From assembly GCA_963750165.1 (NCBI GenBank), contig CAVVPN010000007.1, positions 1 to 19,672 of the forward strand: a stretch of DNA of 19,672 nt, read 5' to 3'. The DNA comes from an uncultured Gemmataceae bacterium. Lineage in GTDB: Bacteria > Planctomycetota > Planctomycetia > Gemmatales > Gemmataceae. The notes beneath the pieces were generated by a model, which saw nothing but the letters and a program-made list of their open reading frames with translations, was not told the DNA's origin and searched no databases. This document shows positions 1-7,758 of the stretch, piece by piece; positions within the stretch are counted from its first letter, which is position 1; the number at the start of each line of letters is the position of its first letter. The position numbers and the translations under genes are program-made.

Positions 1-231
1 TCGCGCTATAGCCAAACTTACCACGGCCCGATTTTTACTAACCCGCTATCATGTCAGAGTTTCCGTCGCGTGGGGTGAGCCTTTCAACTCCACGACATTT
101 TAACGATTTTACTTCTTTTTCTGACATTTTTCAATGGCTACTCTGACATTCTCCGATAGCCGGACAGAAGGGCGCTCGCCCAGGATCAAAACAAGCAAGC
201 AAATTATACCGGTTATACGCACCCGCGAAAG

Positions 232-468
232 GTGTACGTCTGCTACGGAACCGTATTCGGTCATGCGAAGGACGAGATGCAAATCATCATGGTCCAGACC
301 GCCCGCGACCTGCTGGCGGAGGGCGACATTCTGGACGGCATCGCCCGGTGGAGTGGGGAGCACCGAAGACGCTGGGAGCAATCCAAATACTTCAAACTCT
401 ACCAGGCGGAGAAGGCCGCGGGGCGGAACCCACGCAAGGCCTTTGCTCAGCGCCGCTGGGAGATGTAG
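232..468 (+). CDS. Small hypothetical protein or gene fragment
   Basis: 78-aa ORF with GC3-rich codons and protein-like composition. The frame is open from ~160 but has no clear RBS or ATG. Confidence 0.4.
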   Translation: MYVCYGTVFGHAKDEMQIIMVQTARDLLAEGDILDGIARWSGEHRRRWEQSKYFKLYQAEKAAGRNPRKAFAQRRWEM

Positions 469-599
469 GGGCCTGCTCAGCGAACGTGGGGAGACGCCGG
501 TGAGTGTCCTGGACGACGCTGCCATTCGCGGGGTCGAATCGGTCGGAGAGACGACAACCGTGTTGCAGACCAACCGAACCACGCACGCGCTCCTTTCCG

Positions 600-795
600 A
601 GTGGCCGGCCCCTTGAAAGGGTCGGTCGTGGCCTCGTAGATGAAGGCAGCCAGGAACTCTCGTTCTTGATCGGTCAGCACATGCTGAGAAATTGTCCGCT
701 GGCGAATTCCCGCCCGGTTCAATGAAATCGGCGTCCGGTCCCCTTCCCAGGATGCGCTGACCCCGCCACAGCGTCGTGCCAGGAAACACGATCAT
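600..795 (-). pseudogene. Two abutting short gene fragments (MIVFPGTTLWRGQRILGRGPDADFIEPGG... and VLTDQEREFLAAFIYEATTDPFKGPAT...)
   Basis: Two protein-like stretches in different minus-strand frames that each degrade after 25-40 aa. An extended -10-like TGgTATAGT lies at 810-818 (-), just upstream of the ATG at 795. Confidence 0.35.
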
Positions 796-843
796 CTTCG
801 CGTTCTCTTACTATACCAAAATCCGCCCCCGCAGGTCGATCTA

Positions 844-3144
844 TCACAACATATTCAGCGGGTCCACGTCCACCGTAATCTCCACCCCGCTCGGGCAGCG
901 CAGCGCCGGCAGCACGGCACGCAGCACCTGATGCAGCACGGCCGGGCTCGTCGATTGCAGCTGAAAATGAAAGCGATAGTAATTCTTCAGCCGGAACACC
1001 GGCGCCTCCGCCGGGCCGAGCAGTCGCACCGGCAGCTTGCCGCCGTCCGGCGTCTTCAGGCGGTCCAGCGCGTCGCGGAACGCCACCAGCAACCGCTCCG
1101 CGAACGCCGCCGCGTCCTCCTGCTGCCGGCTGCGCACCAGCACCCGCGCCAGCCGCTGATACGGCGGATAGTCGAACTGCTTGCGGTGTCCCAGTTCGCC
1201 GACCACGAAGCTCTTGTAATCGTGTGCCGCCGCCAGGCTGATGCACGGGTGCTCCGGGTTGAACGTCTGCACCAGCACCCGACCGCCGCGTGGCCCACGC
1301 CCCGCCCGCCCCGACACCTGCGCCAGCAACTGGAACGTCCGCTCCGCCGCGCGGAAGTCCGGCAGGTGCAGCCCCACGTCCGCGTTGATGACGCCCACCA
1401 GCGTCACGTTCGGGAAGTCCAGCCCCTTCGCGATCATCTGCGTGCCCAGCAAAATATGCACCTCGCCGCGGCGGAAGGCGCTCAGCAGCTTGCCGTGACT
1501 GCCCGGCCGCTTCATCGTGTCGCTGTCCATGCGCTGCACGACGTAGCCCTGGAACTTCTCCTCGATCTCCGCCTGCAACTTCTCGGTGCCGAGGCCCTGG
1601 TAGCGCACCTGGGCGACGCCGCACTTCGGGCACAACTTCGGCGGTTCCTGTTCGTAGCCGCAGTGATGGCACAGCAGCACGTCGCGCTGGCGGTGGTACG
1701 TCAGCGCCAGGTCGCAGCAGCGGCACGATTCGACCTGACCACAGCCGGGACAATGGACATGCGTCGAAAAACCGCGGCGGTTCAGCAGCAGAATCACCTG
1801 GCCGCCGCTGCCCAGCGCGTGCCGCATCGCCGACTCCAGCGTCGGGCTGACCGCGTGGAACCGGCCGCCGCGCTGGTATTCGTGCCGCAGATCGATCAGG
1901 CCGACGTGCGGCAGCGGCCGGTCCAGCACACGCTTCGGCAGCGTCAGCAGCGTGTACTGGCCGCGGTGGGCGTTGTGCCAGCTCTCCAGCGATGGCGTCG
2001 CCGAGCCCAGCAGGATCGGGATGTTCTCCAGCCGCGCCCGCATCACCGCCACGTCGCGGGCGTGGTAGCGCGGCGTCGCCTCCTGCTTGAAACTGCCCTC
2101 GTGCTCCTCGTCGATGACGATCAGGCCGAGATTGGGCGTCGGCGCGAACACCGCACTGCGGGCGCCGACGACGACCTGCACCTTGCCCGCGGCGATGCGC
2201 CGCCAGTGGCCGCCGCGCTCCACGTTGCCGAGGTGGCTGTGCAGCACCGCGACCTCGCCGCAGCGGCCGCGGAAGCACTGGATCGTCTGCGGCGTCAGGC
2301 TGATTTCCGGCACCAGCACCAGCGCCGTCTTGCCCTGCTTGACCACCGCCTCGATGGCCCGCAGGTACAACTCCGTCTTGCCCGAACCGGTGACGCCGTA
2401 CAGCAGGAACGCCTTGAAACCGCCCTGGTGCAGCGCCGGCTCAATGGCTGCCCACGCCTGCTGCTGATCGGGGTTGAGCACGATCGGTCCGGCGGGTGCC
2501 TGGCCGTCGTCGCCGCGCGGCGTCTCGAAGCGATCAACGCGCTTCACCTGGCGACGCGCGAACCCCTTCTCCAGCAGCGTCTCGACCACGCGCGGCCCGC
2601 ACTGGGCCAGGCGAGCCAGGCGGCGGGCCTCGATGGGCTGGCGCTGCTGGCGGAGGATGTCGAGCGCCGCGGCCTGCTTGGCGGTCAACCGCGGCGGCTC
2701 GGCGGCCAACTCCGCGGGGGGGATCGCTTCAAGGAAGACGGCGGTGCGGGTGCCGGCCTGGTCCTTGGCGCCGGCGGGGATGACGGCGTTGAGCACCTGG
2801 CCCCAACCGCATAGGTAATAGTCCGCCATCCAGCGCGTCAGCCGCAGCAGGTCCGCGTTGAACAGCGGTTCGTCGTCGAGCACGCGCACCAGGCTCTTGA
2901 CCTCGCGCGGCGGCGGCGTCTCGCTCAGACCGACACAGTAGCCGACGGTCGTTTTGTCGCCGCGGCCAAACGGCACCTGCACGCGCTTGCCGACCGCCAC
3001 GCCGCCGCGCAGCGCCTCGGGCACGGCGTAGCTGTAAGCGTGGTCCAGCGGCCGGTCGAACACCACGTCCGCGAACAGGCCCGTCGCCGGGGTGGCTTCG
3101 GGGGTTGGATCGTCAAACAAATTGGGTTGAGTTGTCTGCGTCAC
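844..3144 (-). CDS. priA: Primosomal protein N' (replication restart helicase PriA)
   Basis: Walker A GVTGSGKT, DEEH box, LGSATPSLES, Cys-rich Zn region (CPGC, CRCC, CHHC, CPKC), GTQMIAKGLDFP, QVSGRAGR, C-terminal VDVDP. Confidence 0.98.
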   Translation of the reverse strand: MTQTTQPNLFDDPTPEATPATGLFADVVFDRPLDHAYSYAVPEALRGGVAVGKRVQVPFGRGDKTTVGYCVGLSETPPPREVKSLVRVLDDEPLFNADLLRLTRWMADYYLCGWGQVLNAVIPAGAKDQAGTRTAVFLEAIPPAELAAEPPRLTAKQAAALDILRQQRQPIEARRLARLAQCGPRVVETLLEKGFARRQVKRVDRFETPRGDDGQAPAGPIVLNPDQQQAWAAIEPALHQGGFKAFLLYGVTGSGKTELYLRAIEAVVKQGKTALVLVPEISLTPQTIQCFRGRCGEVAVLHSHLGNVERGGHWRRIAAGKVQVVVGARSAVFAPTPNLGLIVIDEEHEGSFKQEATPRYHARDVAVMRARLENIPILLGSATPSLESWHNAHRGQYTLLTLPKRVLDRPLPHVGLIDLRHEYQRGGRFHAVSPTLESAMRHALGSGGQVILLLNRRGFSTHVHCPGCGQVESCRCCDLALTYHRQRDVLLCHHCGYEQEPPKLCPKCGVAQVRYQGLGTEKLQAEIEEKFQGYVVQRMDSDTMKRPGSHGKLLSAFRRGEVHILLGTQMIAKGLDFPNVTLVGVINADVGLHLPDFRAAERTFQLLAQVSGRAGRGPRGGRVLVQTFNPEHPCISLAAAHDYKSFVVGELGHRKQFDYPPYQRLARVLVRSRQQEDAAAFAERLLVAFRDALDRLKTPDGGKLPVRLLGPAEAPVFRLKNYYRFHFQLQSTSPAVLHQVLRAVLPALRCPSGVEITVDVDPLNML

Positions 3145-3187
3145 GGCGGCCTCTCGGAATCAACCGCGATGGGATTCAGTGAACACT

Positions 3188-3193
3188 ATTATA
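3188..3193 (-). promoter_or_regulatory. Candidate sigma70 -10 box for priA
   Basis: Perfect TATAAT on the minus strand ~44 nt upstream of the priA start in GC-rich DNA. No clear -35. Confidence 0.45.
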
Positions 3194-3341
3194 CCTTACC
3201 TGCGGCGCGTGCGGGTTGCGAGGTACGTTGCCGGGGCGGGAAACTGTCGGAAGCTGGGCGGACGGTGCGGGCAGCAGCGGGAGTGACGGCCGAGAGGGGT
3301 TCACGCACGGTTTGCACACGAGTGGGCGGCGGGCACGGGCT

Positions 3342-3526
3342 GACCACCAGCGGCCTGCACTGCCACAGCAAGGGGGCCAAGGGGGCCAAGGGGGCCAACT
3401 TTTTCGCACGTCGAGAATTGGCGCCCTTGCCCCGCACGGCTGGTACGGCGCGACCACCAGCGGCGGCGGTTGCCACAGCAAGAACGCCAAGAACGCCAAC
3501 TTTTTCATACGTCGAGATTCGCCGCC
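3342..3526. repeat. Degenerate tandem duplication (110-bp period) with internal 9-bp tandem repeats
   Basis: GACCACCAGCGGC...TGCCACAGCAAG...GCCAACTTTTTC...ACGTCGAGA starts at 3342 and at 3452. Internal CAAGGGGGC x3 versus CAAGAACGC x2. Confidence 0.85.
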
Positions 3527-3584
3527 TGGCAGCGCCGGCCTGCCGTTCGTGGTCCACACAACTGCGAACCACTCTAAATCGCCT

Positions 3585-3684
3585 GAAGCGCATGGCCCTG
3601 GAGGTGTAGCGGAAGTCGCCAGACTTCCGTCCGATACTTCTCGGAAGTCTGGCGACTTCCGCTACACCTCCAGGCCATGCGTTC
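3585..3684. repeat. REPIN-like doublet of GTAG-led palindromes
   Basis: Perfect 33-bp inverted arms 3597-3629 and 3642-3674 with a 12-nt loop. Each arm contains GTAG followed by the hairpin CGGAAGTC-GCCA-GACTTCCG. Confidence 0.9.
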
Positions 3685-3730
3685 TAAATTGTCGTGCACG
3701 TCCGGGCTTACGTTTTTTACGGTTTTTCGC

Positions 3731-3758
3731 TGGCCAACCCCAAATGCCGCGTTATAAT
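3731..3758 (+). promoter_or_regulatory. Candidate sigma70 promoter for the C26-like gene
   Basis: TGGCCA-16 nt-TATAAT (3753-3758). RBS AGGAG at 3841-3845 precedes the ATG at 3852. Confidence 0.45.
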
Positions 3759-3851
3759 CTCTCCCATACATCTGCCGCGAACTGGCACCCTCGGCGGGAC
3801 CGCCGGTGGGTCAAACTCGGAAGACCTGTGTTTTGAGGAAAGGAGTCCTCC

Positions 3852-4607
3852 ATGTCTGCCGTTTCCCCGTGCGTTAATATCGGCATCCTCAACACCGACC
3901 CGACGGCCCCGTGCGCGCACCGCGGCTGGGGCATCTGGTCGCCGGGTTACCCGGCCGCGGTCACCGCTTCAGGCGGCGTCCCCGTGGAGCTGCCGCCACG
4001 ACCGCCGCGCTCCTGGGCAGACACCCTGCAGGGCATTCACGGCGTCGTCTTCGCCGGCGCCGACCGGCCTGGCCCGCACGCAGCGCTCGAGGAAGAGGGC
4101 CTGCTGGCGCACTGCCGTCAGCAGCGGCTGCCGCTGCTGGCCATCGACCGCGGCCTGCTGGCGCTCAACACCGCGTTCGGCGGCAGCAATTACCTGGACC
4201 TGGCGCGCGAACTGCCCGAGGCGCTGCAGCACCGCCATCCGCCGGAGCAGGGCGTGCGGCACGCGATGACGGTGGAACACGGCACGGAGCTGGCGCGGCT
4301 CTACGGCGAGGGCGAGATTGTCGTTAACAGCGAACACCGGCGGGCGGTGTGCCGGGTGGCACGCGGCTTCCGCGTCAGCGCCCGGGCGCTGGACGGCGTC
4401 ATCGAGGCGCTGGAGGCGGAGGACAGCTGGTTTGCGTTGGCGGTGCAGTGGCAGCCGGCGTCGGCGACGGCGTCGGGGCTGGACATTCAGCTGTTCCGCG
4501 GTCTGGTGGACGCGGCGACGCGGCTCGCAGTGCGGTCGAAGCCGGCTCGCGTCCCGGCAGCGCGCACCCCGGTGCGGCCGCGGCGCCGGCTGGCGGTGGC
4601 GAGTTGA
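3852..4607 (+). CDS. Class I glutamine amidotransferase-like protein (peptidase C26 / PuuD family), predicted catalytically inactive
   Basis: Family motifs AVTASGGVPVELP, PLLAIDRGLLALNTAFGG, VNSEHRRAV, GFRVSARALDGVIEALE, LAVQWQP. Strong RBS. Confidence 0.85.
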   Translation: MSAVSPCVNIGILNTDPTAPCAHRGWGIWSPGYPAAVTASGGVPVELPPRPPRSWADTLQGIHGVVFAGADRPGPHAALEEEGLLAHCRQQRLPLLAIDRGLLALNTAFGGSNYLDLARELPEALQHRHPPEQGVRHAMTVEHGTELARLYGEGEIVVNSEHRRAVCRVARGFRVSARALDGVIEALEAEDSWFALAVQWQPASATASGLDIQLFRGLVDAATRLAVRSKPARVPAARTPVRPRRRLAVAS

Positions 4608-4649
4608 CCGCACTTTAAAGCGGATTGCGGTTAGGTGTAGCGGTCTGGG

Positions 4650-4708
4650 GTAGGTGCCGCGAGCCGAGCGGCACCCGCTGCGGGTCCGGCTCGGCTCGCC
4701 GGACCTAC
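4650..4708. repeat. REPIN-like inverted pair of GTAG-led palindromes
   Basis: GTAGGTGCCGCGAGCCGAGCGGCACC (4650-4675) and inverted GTAGGTCCGGCGAGCCGAGCCGGACC (4708-4683). Enclosed by TGTAGCGG (4636-4643) and CCGCTACA (4712-4719). Confidence 0.88.
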
Positions 4709-4736
4709 TACCCGCTACAGTCGTCTGCGAACCGAT

Positions 4737-4863
4737 CTAGAGCGGTTCGCGTTTGGGTAGCGCACAAGTCGTGGGACGGCTCTCCAGAGCCGTCAGCGTT
4801 CTCCCGACGGCTCTGGAGAGCCGTCCCACGACTTGTAGTCCACGCGACTGGGAACCGCTCTAG
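4737..4863. mobile_element. MITE-like element with CTAG-ended 12-bp terminal inverted repeats enclosing a REP doublet
   Basis: CTAGAGCGGTTC (4737-4748) and GAACCGCTCTAG (4852-4863). Inside are perfect 31-bp arms 4764-4794 and 4806-4836. Confidence 0.65.
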
Positions 4864-4921
4864 CTGACCCTGTTTACGTTTCGCGCGACCTGCAACCGCG
4901 CGAAACGTAAACGGGGTCAGC
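4863..4921. repeat. Long hairpin (25-bp arms, one T-G pair)
   Basis: GCTGACCCTGTTTACGTTTCGCGCG, 9-nt loop, CGCGCGAAACGTAAACGGGGTCAGC, located between convergent genes. Confidence 0.85.
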
Positions 4922-4953
4922 ACCGTCCCGACAGCGGCTCATGGGATTCTCAA

Positions 4954-5850
4954 TCAGGGCGGCGCCGGCCGGCGCCGCTCCGTCGTGGCGTTGTTCATGC
5001 GGATCTGCATCCGGTGCAGCGCCAGGTTCGGAATCGGCCCCGACACGTTCGCCGCAATGCGATTGGTGACCGCCGCCGCCGTCGAGGAACCGTCGATGCA
5101 GCCATCCAGTTCGCTGGAGAGCACCATCTTCGCCCCCTTCTCAAGCGGGACGGTTTCCTTGCCGTACGGGATCGATTTGAGCGGCACCACAATCTCCAGG
5201 CGCAGCACGCCGAACTGTTTGCCGTCCTGCCGATACGCCTTGAGCAGCTTGCCCGTGATGGTGACGCCGGTCGGGTCAATGGCGAAGTCGCCCGGCACCG
5301 CCTTCATCGCCGCCGTGAGCAGGCCCGCGTCGATCTTCCAGGTGTCGCCCACCGCGACGGCCCTGGCCGGCACCAGCACCCGCACCATGTCGGTCAGTTG
5401 CTTCTTGTTGAACTCCTGGTCCAGCGGTGCCGCGGCCGGCCCGGCCAGTTCGCCGCCGCCCTCCACCTGGAAGTGATAGCGGGCGCCCTTTTTCTCAATC
5501 AGAACCGTCTTGCCCTGCAACGGCAGCGTCGTCGTTTTGCCATCAGTGGTGGTTTCGGCCGTGGTGTAGTGTCGCTTCAGCTTCACCGGCGGCCTGGCCA
5601 GCGACGGCCGATCCAGCAGCGTTTCGCGGTACACGTAGCGGATTTTGGTATCCACCGTCTTCAGGGGCGTGGCCTTGCCCTGCATGTCGATGATGCTGGG
5701 GCCGCCGCTCTCCGTTTCGGTTCGCTCAACCAGCTCGGGCTCGTCCTCGTCGGTCACTCGGAGTTTGATGGTGTATTTCTCCTGGGCCGGCGCCAGCGGC
5801 GCGGCCGCCAGCAGGGTCAGCACAATCAGCGCGGCGGTGCGGGGGGTCAT
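4954..5850 (-). CDS. Secreted hypothetical protein, one copy of a ~280-aa beta-rich domain
   Basis: AAGGAG RBS before the ATG at 5850. Signal peptide ends APA-QEK. Clear paralogy to both halves of 5971-7758. Confidence 0.88.
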   Translation of the reverse strand: MTPRTAALIVLTLLAAAPLAPAQEKYTIKLRVTDEDEPELVERTETESGGPSIIDMQGKATPLKTVDTKIRYVYRETLLDRPSLARPPVKLKRHYTTAETTTDGKTTTLPLQGKTVLIEKKGARYHFQVEGGGELAGPAAAPLDQEFNKKQLTDMVRVLVPARAVAVGDTWKIDAGLLTAAMKAVPGDFAIDPTGVTITGKLLKAYRQDGKQFGVLRLEIVVPLKSIPYGKETVPLEKGAKMVLSSELDGCIDGSSTAAAVTNRIAANVSGPIPNLALHRMQIRMNNATTERRRPAPP

Positions 5851-5876
5851 GGTCAAGGACTCCTTTGAAGTGGTGT

Positions 5877-5945
5877 GGCGAGCGGCGCGGCGTTAGCCCG
5901 CCGGTAATCGCGCAGTACCGGCGGCCTGACGCCGCGCCGCTCGCC
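5877..5945. repeat. Intergenic palindromic element (28/30-bp arms)
   Basis: GGCGAGCGGCGCGGCGTTAGCCCGCCGGTA (5877-5906) pairs with 5916-5945, 9-nt loop. Confidence 0.85.
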
Positions 5946-5970
5946 TCCTTCCGCCATTACTCCTCATGGG

Positions 5971-7758
5971 TCACGGCTTCGGCAGCGCGGTGCGCGTCTC
6001 CGTCGTGGCGTTGCGCGTGTTCACCCGCATCCGCATCTCGGCACCGGGCACCGGGCCGATCAGGCTCAACTCCATCCGTTGCGTGACCGTGCCCAGCGCC
6101 GCACTGCCGTCAATGCACACGTCGAGGTCCAGGCCAATGACCAACTTGGCCCCCGGCTCCAGCTTCATGATCTTGCCGCCGCCCAGCGGCAGCACCCTGG
6201 GCGCCATCACGATTTCCATCGTCAGCACGCCGTACTGCCGGCCGTCCTTCCTGTACGCCTTGACCAGTTTGCCCGTGAACTTGAGGCTCTTCGGATCGAC
6301 CTCCATGCCGGCCATGCCCATGCCCTGAGCCACCTGTTTCACCGTGTCGCCGGCCTGCCAGGTTCCGCCGACCCCGAGCGGTTCGGTCGGCAGCAGCAGG
6401 TCCATCAATTCGCGAAGATCGCCCGACTGGCTGAAACTCTTCTCGAGCGCCGCCGCGTCCTTGCCGGTCAGCTCGGCGCTGCCCTCGATCTGGTAGCGGT
6501 ACTTGCCGTCCTTCTTCTCGATGAGCACCGTCTTGCCCTGGATCGGCAGCGGCTTCATCTTGCGACCGGGTTCGGCCGCCTCTGCCTGGGTGTACACGCG
6601 CTTCAACTTCGTCGGCGTGGTGGCTCCCGGCAGCTGTTCAAGGATGGTTTCGCGGTAGACGAACTTGTAGGTCTTGCTCTCCAGGTTCGGAATCTGTAAT
6701 TCGGTGCCGTTCTTGTCAATCATCTTGCCGTCGTTGAGTTCCTGCAGCGTCCGCTGCACCAGGGCGCTGTCGCCCTGGGCGGGCCGCTTGATCTGGAAGT
6801 TGTACTTGCCCGGCGGCGCCGGCTTCACCGGCAAATCCTTGACGATGTTCGGCTTCTCCTTCGGGTCCACCTCACGGTGCGACTCGGTCATTTGCTTGGC
6901 GCTGGCGATGCGGAGGCGGGACTGGTCGGGCTGGACGTGGAGCATGACAATCTTCATGCTCCCCGTGTCCGTGCCGTCGGTCACACTGCCGTCGATGCAC
7001 CGATCCATGACCGCGTTGAGGGAAAACCCATCCCCCTTGCCGGCCTTTTCGACCTTCCCCTTGACCCGATACTCCTTGATCGGCATCACGACCGTCATGT
7101 GCATCACGCCGAAGCGGTGGCCGTCCTTCTGGTACACCTTGACCAGTTTGGCGGTGGCCTTGAGGTTGTCCTGGTCCGGTTGCGGGCCGTCCTCGCCGGG
7201 CTTGAAGCCCCTGAGCAAGAGGGCCTTGTCCACCGCCCAGGTTTCACCGATGGCCACCGGCCGGCCCGGCAGGATCAGATCGTCACTGGGCTTCTCGTCG
7301 TCCTTGCGGAAGGTGAATTTTCCCTTGAGCGCCTGAACGACCTCGACGGGCAACTCCTTGCCCTGGGCGTCCCGGAAGCGGTACTCCTTGTCGGTGCGCT
7401 CGACCACCGCGGTCAGCCCGTGCAGCGGCAGCGGCTTCGTGAGGCCATTCACGGTTTCCTCGGCGCGTTCGTAGGTCACCTGAATCCGCTTCGCCCAGTA
7501 AGCGCCCGCGGCCTGCTCCAGGTAGTGTTTGCGGCTGACGACAGTGGTGCTCTTGCGGATCTTGATGGGGTCGCCGGTCGCCTTGCCGTCGGCGTCCACG
7601 GGAATGAGGGTGGTGTCTTCCGTCTCGGTGAAGTGCCCCAGATCGGCGAGGCCCTGCACGGAGTTCTTGAGCTTGATCTCGTACTTCTGCTGGGCCTGGG
7701 CCGGCAGGGCGGCCGCCAGCGCGACCAGCAGGCCGGCGCAATGAAGGCGTGCGGGCAT
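5971..7758 (-). CDS. Secreted hypothetical protein with two tandem copies of the same domain
   Basis: GGAG RBS before the ATG at 7758. Signal peptide ends AQA-QQK. Repeated motifs LPL/IxGxTxxxE, P..P..vG.TW, KLVKxYxKDGxxxGV, DxCIDGS. Confidence 0.88.
   Translation of the reverse strand: MPARLHCAGLLVALAAALPAQAQQKYEIKLKNSVQGLADLGHFTETEDTTLIPVDADGKATGDPIKIRKSTTVVSRKHYLEQAAGAYWAKRIQVTYERAEETVNGLTKPLPLHGLTAVVERTDKEYRFRDAQGKELPVEVVQALKGKFTFRKDDEKPSDDLILPGRPVAIGETWAVDKALLLRGFKPGEDGPQPDQDNLKATAKLVKVYQKDGHRFGVMHMTVVMPIKEYRVKGKVEKAGKGDGFSLNAVMDRCIDGSVTDGTDTGSMKIVMLHVQPDQSRLRIASAKQMTESHREVDPKEKPNIVKDLPVKPAPPGKYNFQIKRPAQGDSALVQRTLQELNDGKMIDKNGTELQIPNLESKTYKFVYRETILEQLPGATTPTKLKRVYTQAEAAEPGRKMKPLPIQGKTVLIEKKDGKYRYQIEGSAELTGKDAAALEKSFSQSGDLRELMDLLLPTEPLGVGGTWQAGDTVKQVAQGMGMAGMEVDPKSLKFTGKLVKAYRKDGRQYGVLTMEIVMAPRVLPLGGGKIMKLEPGAKLVIGLDLDVCIDGSAALGTVTQRMELSLIGPVPGAEMRMRVNTRNATTETRTALPKP

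Noticed and set aside
36..218. Possible integron attC site
   Set aside because: TACTAAC and GTTATAC only loosely fit RYYYAAC/GTTRRRY and are not complementary, and no L boxes or integrase are visible.
719..2814. Long alternative ORFs over priA (519 aa, 627 aa)
   Set aside because: Arg/Ala/Gly-rich shadow frames expected in high-GC coding DNA.
3342..3526. Possible CRISPR array
   Set aside because: Only two degenerate long units, no constant repeat-spacer pattern, no cas genes.
3040..3836. ORFs in the priA to C26 intergenic region
   Set aside because: They run through repeats and palindromes and lack RBS or family motifs.
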